A stretch of 49,588 nt of DNA, counting the filler, from Perkinsus olseni (lineage: Eukaryota): NCBI GenBank assembly GCA_013115125.1. It is 2 parts of 2 records of this genome, joined end to end, with 100 filler letters (N's around TTAATTAATTAA, not from the genome) between each part and the next. Parts side by side here need not be neighbours in the genome. Positions count along the whole stretch, not along the records: positions 24,867 to 49,588 come from JABANN010000506.1; 1 more part is not named here. One strand, 5' to 3'. The first letter of the stretch is position 1. The number at the start of each line of letters is the position of its first letter. Under the pieces are notes generated by a model that was given only the letters and a program-made list of their open reading frames with translations, made no database searches and had not been told where the DNA came from. The position numbers were made by a program, and so were the translations under genes. Positions 36,213 to 46,800 of the stretch are shown one piece after another.

Positions 36213-37853
36213 ATGAAAATCCCCACTTGGACGCTCGCCGCCTTCCTCGGGACGGCTCCCACTGCCGCCCGTCTGTTGCGCGACAACATGGACCCTGCCA
36301 ACTCCGCTCTCTTCACTTCGAAGACCATGGAAGACGCCTTCGCTCCCCCAGCCCCTGAGACCATCAACCTGATGGCAGCTGGGGTGTCTCCTGTCACCGA
36401 CTGGATCGACGAGTTCATCGGCTCCTTCAAGTCCTATGCTAGCAGCAAGCTCTTAGGCGTCGCCAGCAAGATCATCGACACTCTCGGTGACAGTATAGAT
36501 GGCAAGGACATGTACTTCAACTTCATCCCTAAGCACGTCGCGACCCTCAAGCCCGACGGACAATGGCACCATTACAAAGGAAGGTGCTTCCAGGATATAA
36601 AGGTGCGTTCGACCCTTCAGTCTGACGGCACCTGCATCATCGAGGCTGACTATCGCAACGCTATCTCCTGGACTTGCGCTGAGTATGTTCTCTATGGCAA
36701 TGTGGACGACTTTCACATGCAGTACAAGATTATCCGGGGTACTGAGACCTACAAGTGGACCGCCAATCACGAGAAGGTTCACGTCTTCGACCTCAGCACT
36801 TCGCTCAGCAACGCAGCCCAAGGCGTCATCAAAACTGCAGACTTCCTCCTCGGCAGGGACGTCGATGAGTTCCTCGAGCACTTCAACCATCTACAGTTCG
36901 ATAAGCGTTCGAATCCTGGTCACTCTGACATTGCGGAAGAAGACATTCATCCTGGTGATGTCGTCATGGTCACCAACTTGCAAGGCCAGAGCGCGGCTAT
37001 CATGTGGGCGGGTGGCTCCATCGCCAGTCACACCCTCATGTTCTTGCGCGAGCCTGAGACCCAGAAGCTTTATGCCATTGAGAGCTGGGCCGGCGGTGTT
37101 CGCAAACTCACCTTCGAGGAGTATCTGAAGGATGACGCTGGTTGGTATAACAACGGTGTTCTTGTCCCTCTCAAGGAGGAGCTTCGTGAGAGCTTCGACA
37201 ATGATGCCGCTTGGAAGAAGTTCACCACTGAGTTCGAGGGCAATGATTACGGATACAGTAACTTCGTCTTCACTTCTGTTGATACTCTCCAGAGCAACTA
37301 CCCCTGCCTCCCCATGGACAACTACCAGACCTGCCTCACATGGGAGTTCGTCGAAGTGACCGTGGGTCTGGTGGAGCGCGTTAAGCCCGACATGGCCCGG
37401 CTGATGTTCGCGCAAGCCCTCAATCACCGTCTGGGTACCGAAGGCCTCACCCTGTCGGAAATCATCAAGGTTGCCGATGCCAATCTCGAGGGTGGCTCAG
37501 CAGCTCTTCCCACTATTCCGGAGCATGATGATTGGACCTATGATACCCATCGCAACGGCAAGCCCGTCGAGGGCCCTAACAGAGTCTGCAGCGCCCTTGT
37601 GTGCGAGATGCTTCGCGCTGGTGGGGCTTTGGGTGATCATGAGCTGTCCTGTTCTGAGTTCACTCCGTGGGACATCTACAGCATGGATATCTTCACCACC
37701 CCTACTTACCAGCTCAAGGGTGACTACGCTATCGACTTGACCAAGCCTGATGCACTGCGCCTCGGCCAGAAACCTGTTACTGACGATATGGCGCAGAAAT
37801 GTGAAAGTATCATCACGGCCGACTCCTATTACAAGAGAGCTAGCGAATGTTAA
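36213..37853 (+). CDS. Secreted permuted papain-like (NlpC/P60-type) protein, paralog 2, intronless
   Basis: 546-aa ORF with signal peptide, collinear with 25165-26820 and carrying the same His/Cys motifs. Confidence 0.8.
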   Translation: MKIPTWTLAAFLGTAPTAARLLRDNMDPANSALFTSKTMEDAFAPPAPETINLMAAGVSPVTDWIDEFIGSFKSYASSKLLGVASKIIDTLGDSIDGKDMYFNFIPKHVATLKPDGQWHHYKGRCFQDIKVRSTLQSDGTCIIEADYRNAISWTCAEYVLYGNVDDFHMQYKIIRGTETYKWTANHEKVHVFDLSTSLSNAAQGVIKTADFLLGRDVDEFLEHFNHLQFDKRSNPGHSDIAEEDIHPGDVVMVTNLQGQSAAIMWAGGSIASHTLMFLREPETQKLYAIESWAGGVRKLTFEEYLKDDAGWYNNGVLVPLKEELRESFDNDAAWKKFTTEFEGNDYGYSNFVFTSVDTLQSNYPCLPMDNYQTCLTWEFVEVTVGLVERVKPDMARLMFAQALNHRLGTEGLTLSEIIKVADANLEGGSAALPTIPEHDDWTYDTHRNGKPVEGPNRVCSALVCEMLRAGGALGDHELSCSEFTPWDIYSMDIFTTPTYQLKGDYAIDLTKPDALRLGQKPVTDDMAQKCESIITADSYYKRASEC

Positions 37854-38166
37854 TCTTTAGTAGCGTCCAATCGGCACTTGTCGCATAATGAGTATTTGAA
37901 ACTCTCATGATGTTACATACATTGACCCCTTTACTGAGCACTGCTGCTCAGTATGTTCCTTGTTTGTGTAAAGATAATCTTCGTTTTACTTGTTATTTCC
38001 CTGTTTGATAGAGATGCTGCACTTCAAGTGGGCTCTTTGAAAAGATGGGCGATAAGTTTGCGTTGAGCAGTTGTGACTGGTGGAGTATTTTGCTAGAGTT
38101 GATACAATACTATTGTACAAAATCCCGGTTTACCGTCCGCGAAATCGCTTAACATTGGGAAGAGAG

Positions 38167-38276
38167 CTCGTGTCGCGAATTGATCAGCCGGGGAGAAGGC
38201 ACTTCTCGTGTCGCGAATCGATCAGCCGGGGAGAAGGCACTTCTGCCTGGCGACCCCGTGTCTGCCTGGCGACCCC
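38167..38276. repeat. Local tandem duplications (38 bp x2, then ~19 bp x2)
   Basis: CTCGTGTCGCGAATYGATCAGCCGGGGAGAAGGCACTT at 38167-38204 and 38205-38242; CTGCCTGGCGACCCC at 38243 and 38262. Confidence 0.9.
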
Positions 38277-38508
38277 CCCTCCATGAGGGTTGCGCCATGT
38301 TGATCACTGCGTATAACTTCACGCGAATTTCGAGAACGCAGGTATGTGCGGCTAGGCGGTGAAGTTTCGAAATCCATTTTCTTTTCACTGCGGGATTTCG
38401 ACAATCTCGACAGTTGACAATCCAGGGCTCTTTTGCAATAAAAAGACTACTTCCAATTTGGAAGTTCCAAAAACTGATAACGGTTCATAAGGTTGGATAT
38501 TCCATGGA

Positions 38509-38770
38509 GCATTAGCTACATATTAAGAGTCTTGGTAATACCAAGTTAGTCTGTCTGATTGCACTGCGTGGCCAGATTGAAACGTTCCTTAATTTCTGTG
38601 GCAATGCTACAGAAAGTCTCCATTGGAGTTCGGGTTTGGACTCCTCTTGCCAATATGCACAGTTGGAGACTCTCCAACTGTGCACATTGGCAAGAGTCTA
38701 ACTAAGCCGGAACAACCGGCGTTGGACTATAAACTCTCATACACACACGAAGTTAGTATGTAGCTAATGC
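38509..38770. mobile_element. MITE-like element with 18-bp terminal inverted repeats
   Basis: GCATTAGCTACATATTAA (38509-38526) versus the reverse complement of 38753-38770, GCATTAGCTACATACTAA (17/18). Non-coding, with an internal palindrome of 26-bp arms. No clear TSD. Confidence 0.6.
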
Positions 38771-39071
38771 CCGAGGCCTATCTTAATTTAAGATATCTAG
38801 ACACTCGCTTCGTGGGTCTCGGGTCGAGAGGCTGTGGTCCACAGCCTGTTGATCAACCCGTCACTTGGTCTGTATTGGACTGAAGTTAAGTCACTGAACG
38901 CAGCGCCCCCATTTTCGCAGGAAAAAGCTTATTTTCAAAAGCGTGAACAAGCTTTACTAACAACTTGCTAGTAGCAAGACATCGACTCCGTCGTGAGTAA
39001 TCGCTCAAGAATCCCCTCTGACTCGACTTGAATGAAAAACCTGCAGCATTACTAGCTCAGCAGCCTGCATA

Positions 39072-39360
39072 TTGGTGGGCGCGAGTCCATACGGCAAGAC
39101 TGTCGCCAACGTGTACTGTCGTTGTGGTTGTGTTGACTCCATTCAACTGGGTCAGTTGGGGGGCACCTGCGTCTGTACACTCGGATGGACTGGACTGGGC
39201 TGCTCGAGCATACCTTGTGGCCGCCAGACTGCTCGCTCTAGCCGCGAGAGGTTTTCCCCTGAATGATGGTGGACCCACAGCAACTTTACCTGTAACAGGG
39301 GGCCGTGTAGGACCTCTCCATCGATGGTAGGGGTGTTGCAAATGGAGAAATGTCAATTAA
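39072..39360 (+). pseudogene. Decayed EGF-like (tenascin-type) repeat fragment
   Basis: GTCVCTLGWTGLGCS matches the EGF C-x-C-x5-G-x2-C signature; a downstream degenerate GRGV.ANG.KCQ-like stretch is broken by frameshift and stops. Confidence 0.35.
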
Positions 39361-39947
39361 TGGAAGATAAACGACTGTTGCACAAACCCTTCGACAACGG
39401 GTGCGCTATTGCCGAACAAGACACCCCAGAGAAACCTGCTGACAATGGTAATGAAAGCCCTTCCTCAGGGATCAAACAACTCTAACCCGCCGTCCCATGC
39501 CCAGAATCGCTCTCTCAAACCATGAGAGCATTGTTATGACCAGCAGTCTGCTGCCAACAAATCGACCATCGACATAACGTCACAACGTACAGTTGCCGAG
39601 GCATACACAACACACCAATGGAGTGTACTTATAGTCAAAGATAACAGCTTATCATCACTATACCCTGGCACTGCCAGGCTGGCAGACAGCTGCGCCGAAT
39701 CCTACAAAATCTTGTGTGCTACTCAGCAGGGACTCAACAAAAGAGGAATGAGGGCTAGAACCTGATTCGCCAGAACCTCCGGCTCAACAAACAGAGATAG
39801 ATAAAGAAGGTGGCCATCTGAAAGCCTCGATCATCGAGAAGACGGACCCTTGAGTCTCTCGAGGGAATCGCTGATAACAATATTCTCCACTACTCAGTGG
39901 AGCTTTGCAGTTAGAGTAACAGAAATTCATCCCTTTCGGCAACGATC

Positions 39948-40346
39948 CTATCTCAGCTGCAACATGAACTCGAGCTCCTCACCTTGGAACTGGCTTTTGA
40001 TGCCGTTGGCCGTGAAAGTTAGAGTGCCCAAGTCGCCCTCCTGCGGTTTGTATTTTGGGTAGAGAGCCTTGATAGTGTCGTAAATGAACTTAAGTCCGGC
40101 AGGAAATCTGCTGCTGATACGCAAACGGCTCACCGGCAGGAACTTAGACCGGCCCGATAGGAACGCACCACCGAGAGGGGTCTGGAATGTAGGCTTTCCA
40201 GTGACCTCGAACTTATAGACAACGTACACACTATTGTATAGGAAGAGGGTGAACTTGAAGTCTTCGGAGCTGTGGACGTACTCGTAGGGCCTTGATTGCG
40301 CTTCTACAGAGGCTAGGACGGTCAACAACAAGGTCAGAAGATTCAT
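39948..40346 (-). CDS. Small secreted hypothetical protein, intronless
   Basis: 132-aa ORF with a clear signal peptide (MNLLTLLLTVLASVEA-Q) and beta-rich mature part; no recognised domain. Confidence 0.7.
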   Translation of the reverse strand: MNLLTLLLTVLASVEAQSRPYEYVHSSEDFKFTLFLYNSVYVVYKFEVTGKPTFQTPLGGAFLSGRSKFLPVSRLRISSRFPAGLKFIYDTIKALYPKYKPQEGDLGTLTFTANGIKSQFQGEELEFMLQLR

Positions 40347-40591
40347 CTACGGACAGAGCGCTCAACTGAACCCGAAGGTCTCAATGAGGAACATCGTGTC
40401 AGAATGATAGTCCAATTCGTAGAACGTAGTGAAACGTAGGTTCGCTGAAGCGTAGCCTACTAAGCGCGCCCCGTACTAATACATTCTGAGGGCACAATTT
40501 TGGGGATGAGAGCTCACGAGCTACGCTGTGGTGCTGTAGGGCATGCGCCTACGTTCTGGCAAGTGCGCAGGGAGCAGAGGTGCACCAAAGT

Positions 40592-40626
40592 ACACTATAT
40601 TGAACACTATATTGAACACTATATTG
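40592..40626. repeat. 12-bp tandem repeat (ACACTATATTGA, about 3 copies)
   Basis: Read directly from the sequence. Confidence 0.85.
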
Positions 40627-41199
40627 TACGCTAAGTAGCAGCTATGGCCTGGTTTAGTAGTACTCAGCTCTTATACTATCGTAGCTGCACTTACCCCTAC
40701 TGTTACTAAGTACCATTAGTAAATAGGCTGACTTGCGCCTTGCACGCGCGTGCATGGGTATTAGTAAGCTGTGAAGCAGGGCGTTCCTCAGCTCCCCTCG
40801 AGTCCATTTTCACCTTTCCTTGAACCCCGTCTCGAACATTCAGACGGTACTGAGTCACGAAGCCAGTCCTTGCGGACCCTACGCAGGGAGCGTAAGCTGG
40901 CTCCCAGCCAGCTCACCACCGAAACCTATTTCGCACGGCCTCCACTAATCTGCCACTAACTCTAACAATGGTTTGCTAAAGTGACACTTATGGCTTACGG
41001 CCTCCCAGAACCTGGGACCCAGATAGATCGGACACTGAGTCTAAGTGACTTAAGTGCCCTTAGTTCAAGGTTCAAGTCAAGTGGCCCCTGTGGGTCCCCT
41101 TTTTTGATGCGATTCGGATCCCACGGGAATGATGTTTCCGAGGAGTATTGGTCCCGGAAGAGGATCAGACTCCGAGTTCCATTCCGGCGCGAATGACTC

Positions 41200-41660
41200 C
41201 TCAGCAGTGTTTGGGGATTGCTAGCCTTGGAGACTCCAAGTTGGAGTAGCCGGATTGGGAGAGTTGTTGCCTGGTCGCCGCTTCCGCGGCTTTGGTGCGA
41301 TGGTCGAGCAGCCGACCAAGCCAACCTCCTTGAGCCGGATCGAGGTCGTGCGCGTCATTATCAAAGCAATTACGTCTTATGGCTTTTTGCTACGGCTCGC
41401 CTCTATCGCTAGCAAGCAGGCTGGCCTGACAGATTGGTGAGCCTGCTAGATCCGTAGTTTACGCTGTAGAATTTACGATACCGCTCTGTTGATCGTACGT
41501 TGTGATACTCACGTACTTCTCGTGTTCTTGAAGTTTGGTCTTGATGGTCCGTATCGCTCAATTTCCAATACAAAGAATGCTCACGTCGTGGAAGACAATG
41601 TTTGGTTGTACGAGAGCCGTTCATTGGTCCAGCCAAACATCGCAACACCTCTACGCAAAA
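41200..41660 (+). pseudogene. Possible degenerate retrotransposon RT/RNase H remnant
   Basis: Fragments FLLRLAS..QAGLTDW and HVVEDNVWL resemble, from recall, the RT-RNase H connection of LTR elements carrying a VEDxxWL..HIN motif. They lie in broken frames. Confidence 0.25.
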
Positions 41661-42166
41661 ACTCTATTGACTTACGAGATTTTCGAGAAGCATCATGGTG
41701 ACGGAGCGCCAAAGCTCGGCCCGAGCGAAATATGCATGCCTACAACAGCACGCTTGGACAGGATTCCTGTCACAGGAAGTGCTGAATGAGAGGTAATGGT
41801 CGCCATCACTGGTCAGTGGCCAGCAAGTACGAATAATGGGTCGATCACGAATGATCATCTACAACAAAACAATGTTCTGAGAGCATACTGCTTGTCATAA
41901 TGGAGCACCCATTGAGGCAGCGTTGTAGCCGCAGCGAGCGTTGACCGACGACTACGTCGACATAGACCATACATGATCTTCCGCAGATCCGACCAGTTAG
42001 TTTGAAATAGATGCTAATGATACACCTCCGGCCTAATGATAAAGCGATGTATCAGATCGACACACGGCAAGGGCCTCGAGATAATACCACTGGGCGATAT
42101 CAGATGACACTTACGATAGAGATTTTATGACGCGGTATCGAGATCAGCACTGAACAACTCGAAATC

Positions 42167-42907
42167 TTAGTTATTATAGACGGCATGGCGATTGACATCC
42201 ATTTCCATATCCAAGTAGGCCTGGTAGTTCCAACGAACCAAATCAGTTGTGTAGAAGGCCATCCATAATGTTATCCTAGAAGAGAGCCCGCCACGGTTGT
42301 TGAACGCGGCGACCAGGCAGTGGAAATAACTGAAACCCTCATCCGTGGCCACGTATCCCGTGGCATTACCATGACCCACAGCGTTTAACGGCTCATACGT
42401 CGAGATGTTAGTTTGAGTACGCAGCTGTACTGGAATGCTGACCTCAACGTCCGGTGCAGGATGACCTCCCAGTTTCAAGCAAGACGGGACAACCAGGTCC
42501 AAATCGACTAATATACGATCCTTATCCGACCCGGCCATTGGTAGATTAAGCTTGAAGTTGGTTTCGCCAGCTCCCCGAATACCGACATCAACTGGGATAC
42601 GAGATTTTTCCGAGAGAATGACGAAGCCCTCGAGGGCGACCGGATCCTTTTTTGGAGTGTGTGTAGTATTGTAGGGGAGGAAGAGCAGCCCTGTGTTGGT
42701 GAAAGTCTTATTTGCTCGACTGTAGAGACAGTAGTCCGGAGATCCTCTTGGAGGCTGTCCATGATACGGTAGACACTGCGGGGGCTTCATAGCAACGGTG
42801 GTCAGGTTGAACCTTGGAACAGGCGCCATGCACTGGTAAGTGACCTTGCGGACGGCATCCGTAGCGATAACCAAGATTTGAACCAGGAAGATATGGACGA
42901 GGAGCAT
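42167..42907 (-). CDS. Secreted hypothetical protein, intronless
   Basis: 246-aa ORF with signal peptide MLLVHIFLVQILVIATDA, several Cys and N-glycosylation sequons; no recognised domain. Confidence 0.7.
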   Translation of the reverse strand: MLLVHIFLVQILVIATDAVRKVTYQCMAPVPRFNLTTVAMKPPQCLPYHGQPPRGSPDYCLYSRANKTFTNTGLLFLPYNTTHTPKKDPVALEGFVILSEKSRIPVDVGIRGAGETNFKLNLPMAGSDKDRILVDLDLVVPSCLKLGGHPAPDVEVSIPVQLRTQTNISTYEPLNAVGHGNATGYVATDEGFSYFHCLVAAFNNRGGLSSRITLWMAFYTTDLVRWNYQAYLDMEMDVNRHAVYNN

Positions 42908-43830
42908 TTAGGAGTGATGAGCACAAACGTTGGTGAACTTACATCATTTAGGAGGGCAGGATCCTAGACAGCGTCGCTAGAGGGTGATGCTTCAGGTCAG
43001 ATCAAGTGTTTCTAATACCCGACCCCTTCGGTACACGATACGACACTGTGACAGATGAGCTTGCGCTTCAACGCTTTTCTCGGAGAAACAGCGGTTCCTC
43101 TCCTGCTCTTCTACGTTCTCTCCCCCTTCCGCCGCAAGTTGCGACGCCGTCCCGGGTACTAGCTTGGCCACGACTCACTCGCTTGCTTCACTCTCTCTTT
43201 TATCCTGACCATATTCAACTCTTTAACGCCAGTAAGATGAAAAGATTGCCGCCTCTTGACAGGATCTCGATGTCGTCCCGGCGAAGTCAGGCGTGGCCTC
43301 CGGAGGCGCAGGCGACACTGGACGTTGCCCTAGCGTCAAAAGCGGGGACACTAGCGCCAACACTCTTCGACGTCTATGCTACAGATATAAAATATAAAAA
43401 AAAATTAATATACAAGATAAAAATTAAAAATTCGTTTCAAATATTTTTCTATTCCGTTGCCCTTCCAAGCCGGTGGGTGCCTGATCAATTCCGCCCAGCC
43501 AACCGTGGGCCCGTCGCCCTTGACTTCAAAGCAGAGTCTCTCCGGCATCCGATCGCGATGACCACCACCCTAGCCCTGGCTCGGCGAAGATCCTGGTCTG
43601 ACGAACTGCACTTTCTTCCTTCTGCATCTGTTGTGTCTTTTACCAGGATGCAAAGACGAAGTTTTACTGCTCGCCTCGCTGCTTACGACGTGAAGTAGTG
43701 AACCTTTCCCCTTCATGGGGGCGCTCATCACTCTCGCGGCGTGAGCTAAATTAGGTCGGGAGTTGTAGACCTATTGACTGTAACGAAACGACAACGTCAA
43801 GTCGTGCAGGAAACGGACGGGACTATTCAA

Positions 43831-46800
43831 TTAGACTATCCCGGCCATGCGCGGATCTTCTGCCTCCTTAGCCTCCTCGTCCACTGTTGCCTGATCATCC
43901 TCTTGCGACCCTGCTGCTGCTGCGGCTGCTGCGGCTGACTTCCGCCCCTTCGGTCCCTGAAAAAGTTGCTCAATGCCTCACCCCCAGTCGGTACGAGATC
44001 CCCCGGTTCTGAGTCGTGAGCAGATCCCTCCGAGTGGGGGCGGTAATCTATCGACGGTAGGGAAACTCACTTTCGCCGCGCTCGCTCCTTTCACTTTGTA
44101 CATGTTAGGAGCGCTGCCCGGCAGCAACACCTTCGACTTGTGCGACCCTTTATTGTAGCTGACAAGAACGACGATAACGATACAGCGGACCCGCTGTGCG
44201 GCGCCGCACCTTCGAGTCAGCGCACTCTTAGTTTTCGCGTCTATCGTCTTGTATCTGAGGGAACCAAGTCGATTGTTCGCTCCAGGCCGGCGGTTCTCGT
44301 ACTCATCCGGCTGGGTCGGTAGTCGCAAATCCGAGAGGCATTCCAACACCCCATCCTTGGACACGCCCAGTTGATCCAGCAGCTGGATACACTTCGCTAC
44401 CTGGGAACAGTGCAGGAGTTCGAACGCTCCCCATGGAGGATGAGACTACCGAAGCGTGAGTGTCTCCTCCTTTGCCGTCCTTGAGGGGCTGTAGGATACT
44501 GTCGTACAGCAAGTCCATGTACCCCTGAGGCAGCAGGCATACAGGCATCCGCAGGCGGTATTCAGCACGTACCGAAGTTCTGAGATCTCGGGCGGACATC
44601 GAGGTCGTCTGCGACAACATCCCGCGTAGTTCCCGGACCTACAGCAGCCAGTGGATCGAGACAAGCTGATGATTACTCACCAGTCGAGCGCTCTTGTTAG
44701 TCGAAGAATTCGCTCCCAGCCACTGAGGGAACTCTGGAAACCCGATGAAGTTATTGCAGTAGAACGAGGGGCCCACTGTTGAGAGCACCTGCACGACGAC
44801 AATAAACAGTCGAGGATGAGATTCCGATGATGTATCTTCCACGGCGAGAGAAGTCCTGGTTGAAGCTGTGTAATATGCATTTTACGCGTAACGAGCGTGA
44901 AAAATTCATAACTCGTTCATATTGCGTAAAAGGCCAGCGTTCTACGCAGCGGGGGTGCATCTCAAGCGTTTTCCACCGGCCTTGGCGATGGGAGCTTACA
45001 CAGTGCGAAGGGAGTAGCGTCCACTCCTGGCCGCTTCGAACTGCTGTCGAGACCATGTCTGCCTCACTCATGAGGTCCGCAGCCTTGGCAATGCCGGCCA
45101 GGGCACGGCTACTCGCTGGACCCACCACCTAGGGGAAGAATAAAAAAGGCGGAGCGAAGTTCCTTGAACTTACGCCTTCGACACATTTGATGTAGTTTTG
45201 CTGCATTAGTAAGGGAATCAAATCATAGTCTACATAATACCTGAAAACGAAGCTGCTGTCGAAGTGTGGAAGATGCGGCCGATGTACAAACGTGGAAGAT
45301 ACGGTGGAGGTCGAAGCGTGGAAGATACGGTGGAGGTCGAAGCGTGGAAGATACGGTGGAGGTCGAAGCGTGGGAGATGCGGCTAATGTCGAAGGGTGGG
45401 AGATGCGGCTAATGTCGAAGCGTGTAAGATACGACCAATGTGAAAGCATAGGAGAAGAGCCCAACCGTACATATCACAACGTTCTTTGAAGGACAAATGG
45501 CGGGCCACTGTAGAGGTCAGCAGAGTCTTGCACACTTCGAAGGGACCTGCACGACTCCAATGGCCGTAACAACCACTACATCGCCCTACTCAGCATGTTC
45601 TGGACATCCTTCCCTCCACCACGCGTCCCGATAGATACCGTCGCTGCCTTGCCCGACTCAGCCGCCATGCTCAGCATCTCTAAGTTGTTGATTATCTGAA
45701 GCCATGGATTAACTCGGACGGGAGAAGCACCGGTCCTCGCCGCAGATGTTGTGTACTTGCTAGAGCCGGCGGAGACGATTTTCGTCATAACCCATGGATG
45801 CTGTAATCCTCGTTGCTAGTATAGTATCGAACGCCCCTAGCTGTTTACAGTTCCACTTCCACAGTCCAACGTAATAGCTTCCCTATCGCTCCCTCTAGCG
45901 ATGAACGAGCCCGCCGTTCGTCCTGTCCCATGAATCGAGATACTTCGCGACTTAGTCAAGACGAACGACCTCACTACCTGTCGCATGTCCCCTCCCAGCT
46001 GTTCAGCCAGCATTGCCATCGCGTCCGTGTCAACCTTGCAGAGACAGCACTTTATAAAAAATGGTCGAACCCACACCTACGTGGACTCCTTCTGCCTTCG
46101 CTATAGCAGCAACCCGCTGTCCACACTGAGCTCCGTTGGGCTTGGTAAAGCGGATGTCATAACAAGAGTTGGCTAACGACCGAACCTAAGTAGACATACA
46201 AAACTAGACGGGCTTCGAAGAGGCGCTCGGCCTTCGTCCTCTTTGCTATAAAGCATCAATCTCGATATGCGATACACCAGAGCGCGAATTCACAAAAGAG
46301 TGGTATGAAAAACGCTATTTACGCCCACTCTTTCATAATAGGGAAAGCTCCTACGAGTCTCCAGGGCGATCCCCTGGGCGATGCCCAAGTGAGCCATTCT
46401 AGTACTGCAGTTGCGCTCCCTATTGATTCCGGAAAAGTCCAGCGAAGGAGGCATAACCCGAGTACTACTTTCGTACTCATCCTGTCGTTGCAAATGCAAA
46501 TGACGGGCATCTAAAAGGAAAAAGATAGCGCAACCACAACTGCTCCCTTCAGCTGCACTCAGAAGTTGCCAAGTCCTCCTCTATGAAGGATCATCAAACT
46601 TTTCTTAGTACCATGACGATGATACACGTGTCAATCCTTCACTGAAATTACGTGAATATCACCGGTGTGGTGCATATACCTTCAAGTAAAGTACGTGATA
46701 ATTCGGGCGGAATATAATACTCATAACGAAAATTTCATGCCTCTCCACGACCCGTCTTCTCCCTCTGTTCTCCCTCTTATCAAGCAAAAGCGTGATAAGG

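Noticed and set aside
22660-37427. Long antisense ORFs (e.g. 23215-23979, 25510-26394, 36891-37427)
   Set aside because: They are shadows of codon-biased sense genes and show no protein motifs.
43006-43698. 230-aa + strand ORF
   Set aside because: Non-ATG start, reads through an AT-rich low-complexity tract, and has no motifs; a spliced gene here could not be supported.
45258-45439. CRISPR-like array
   Set aside because: Units are contiguous with no unique spacers, there are no cas genes, and the context is a eukaryotic intron; it is a minisatellite.
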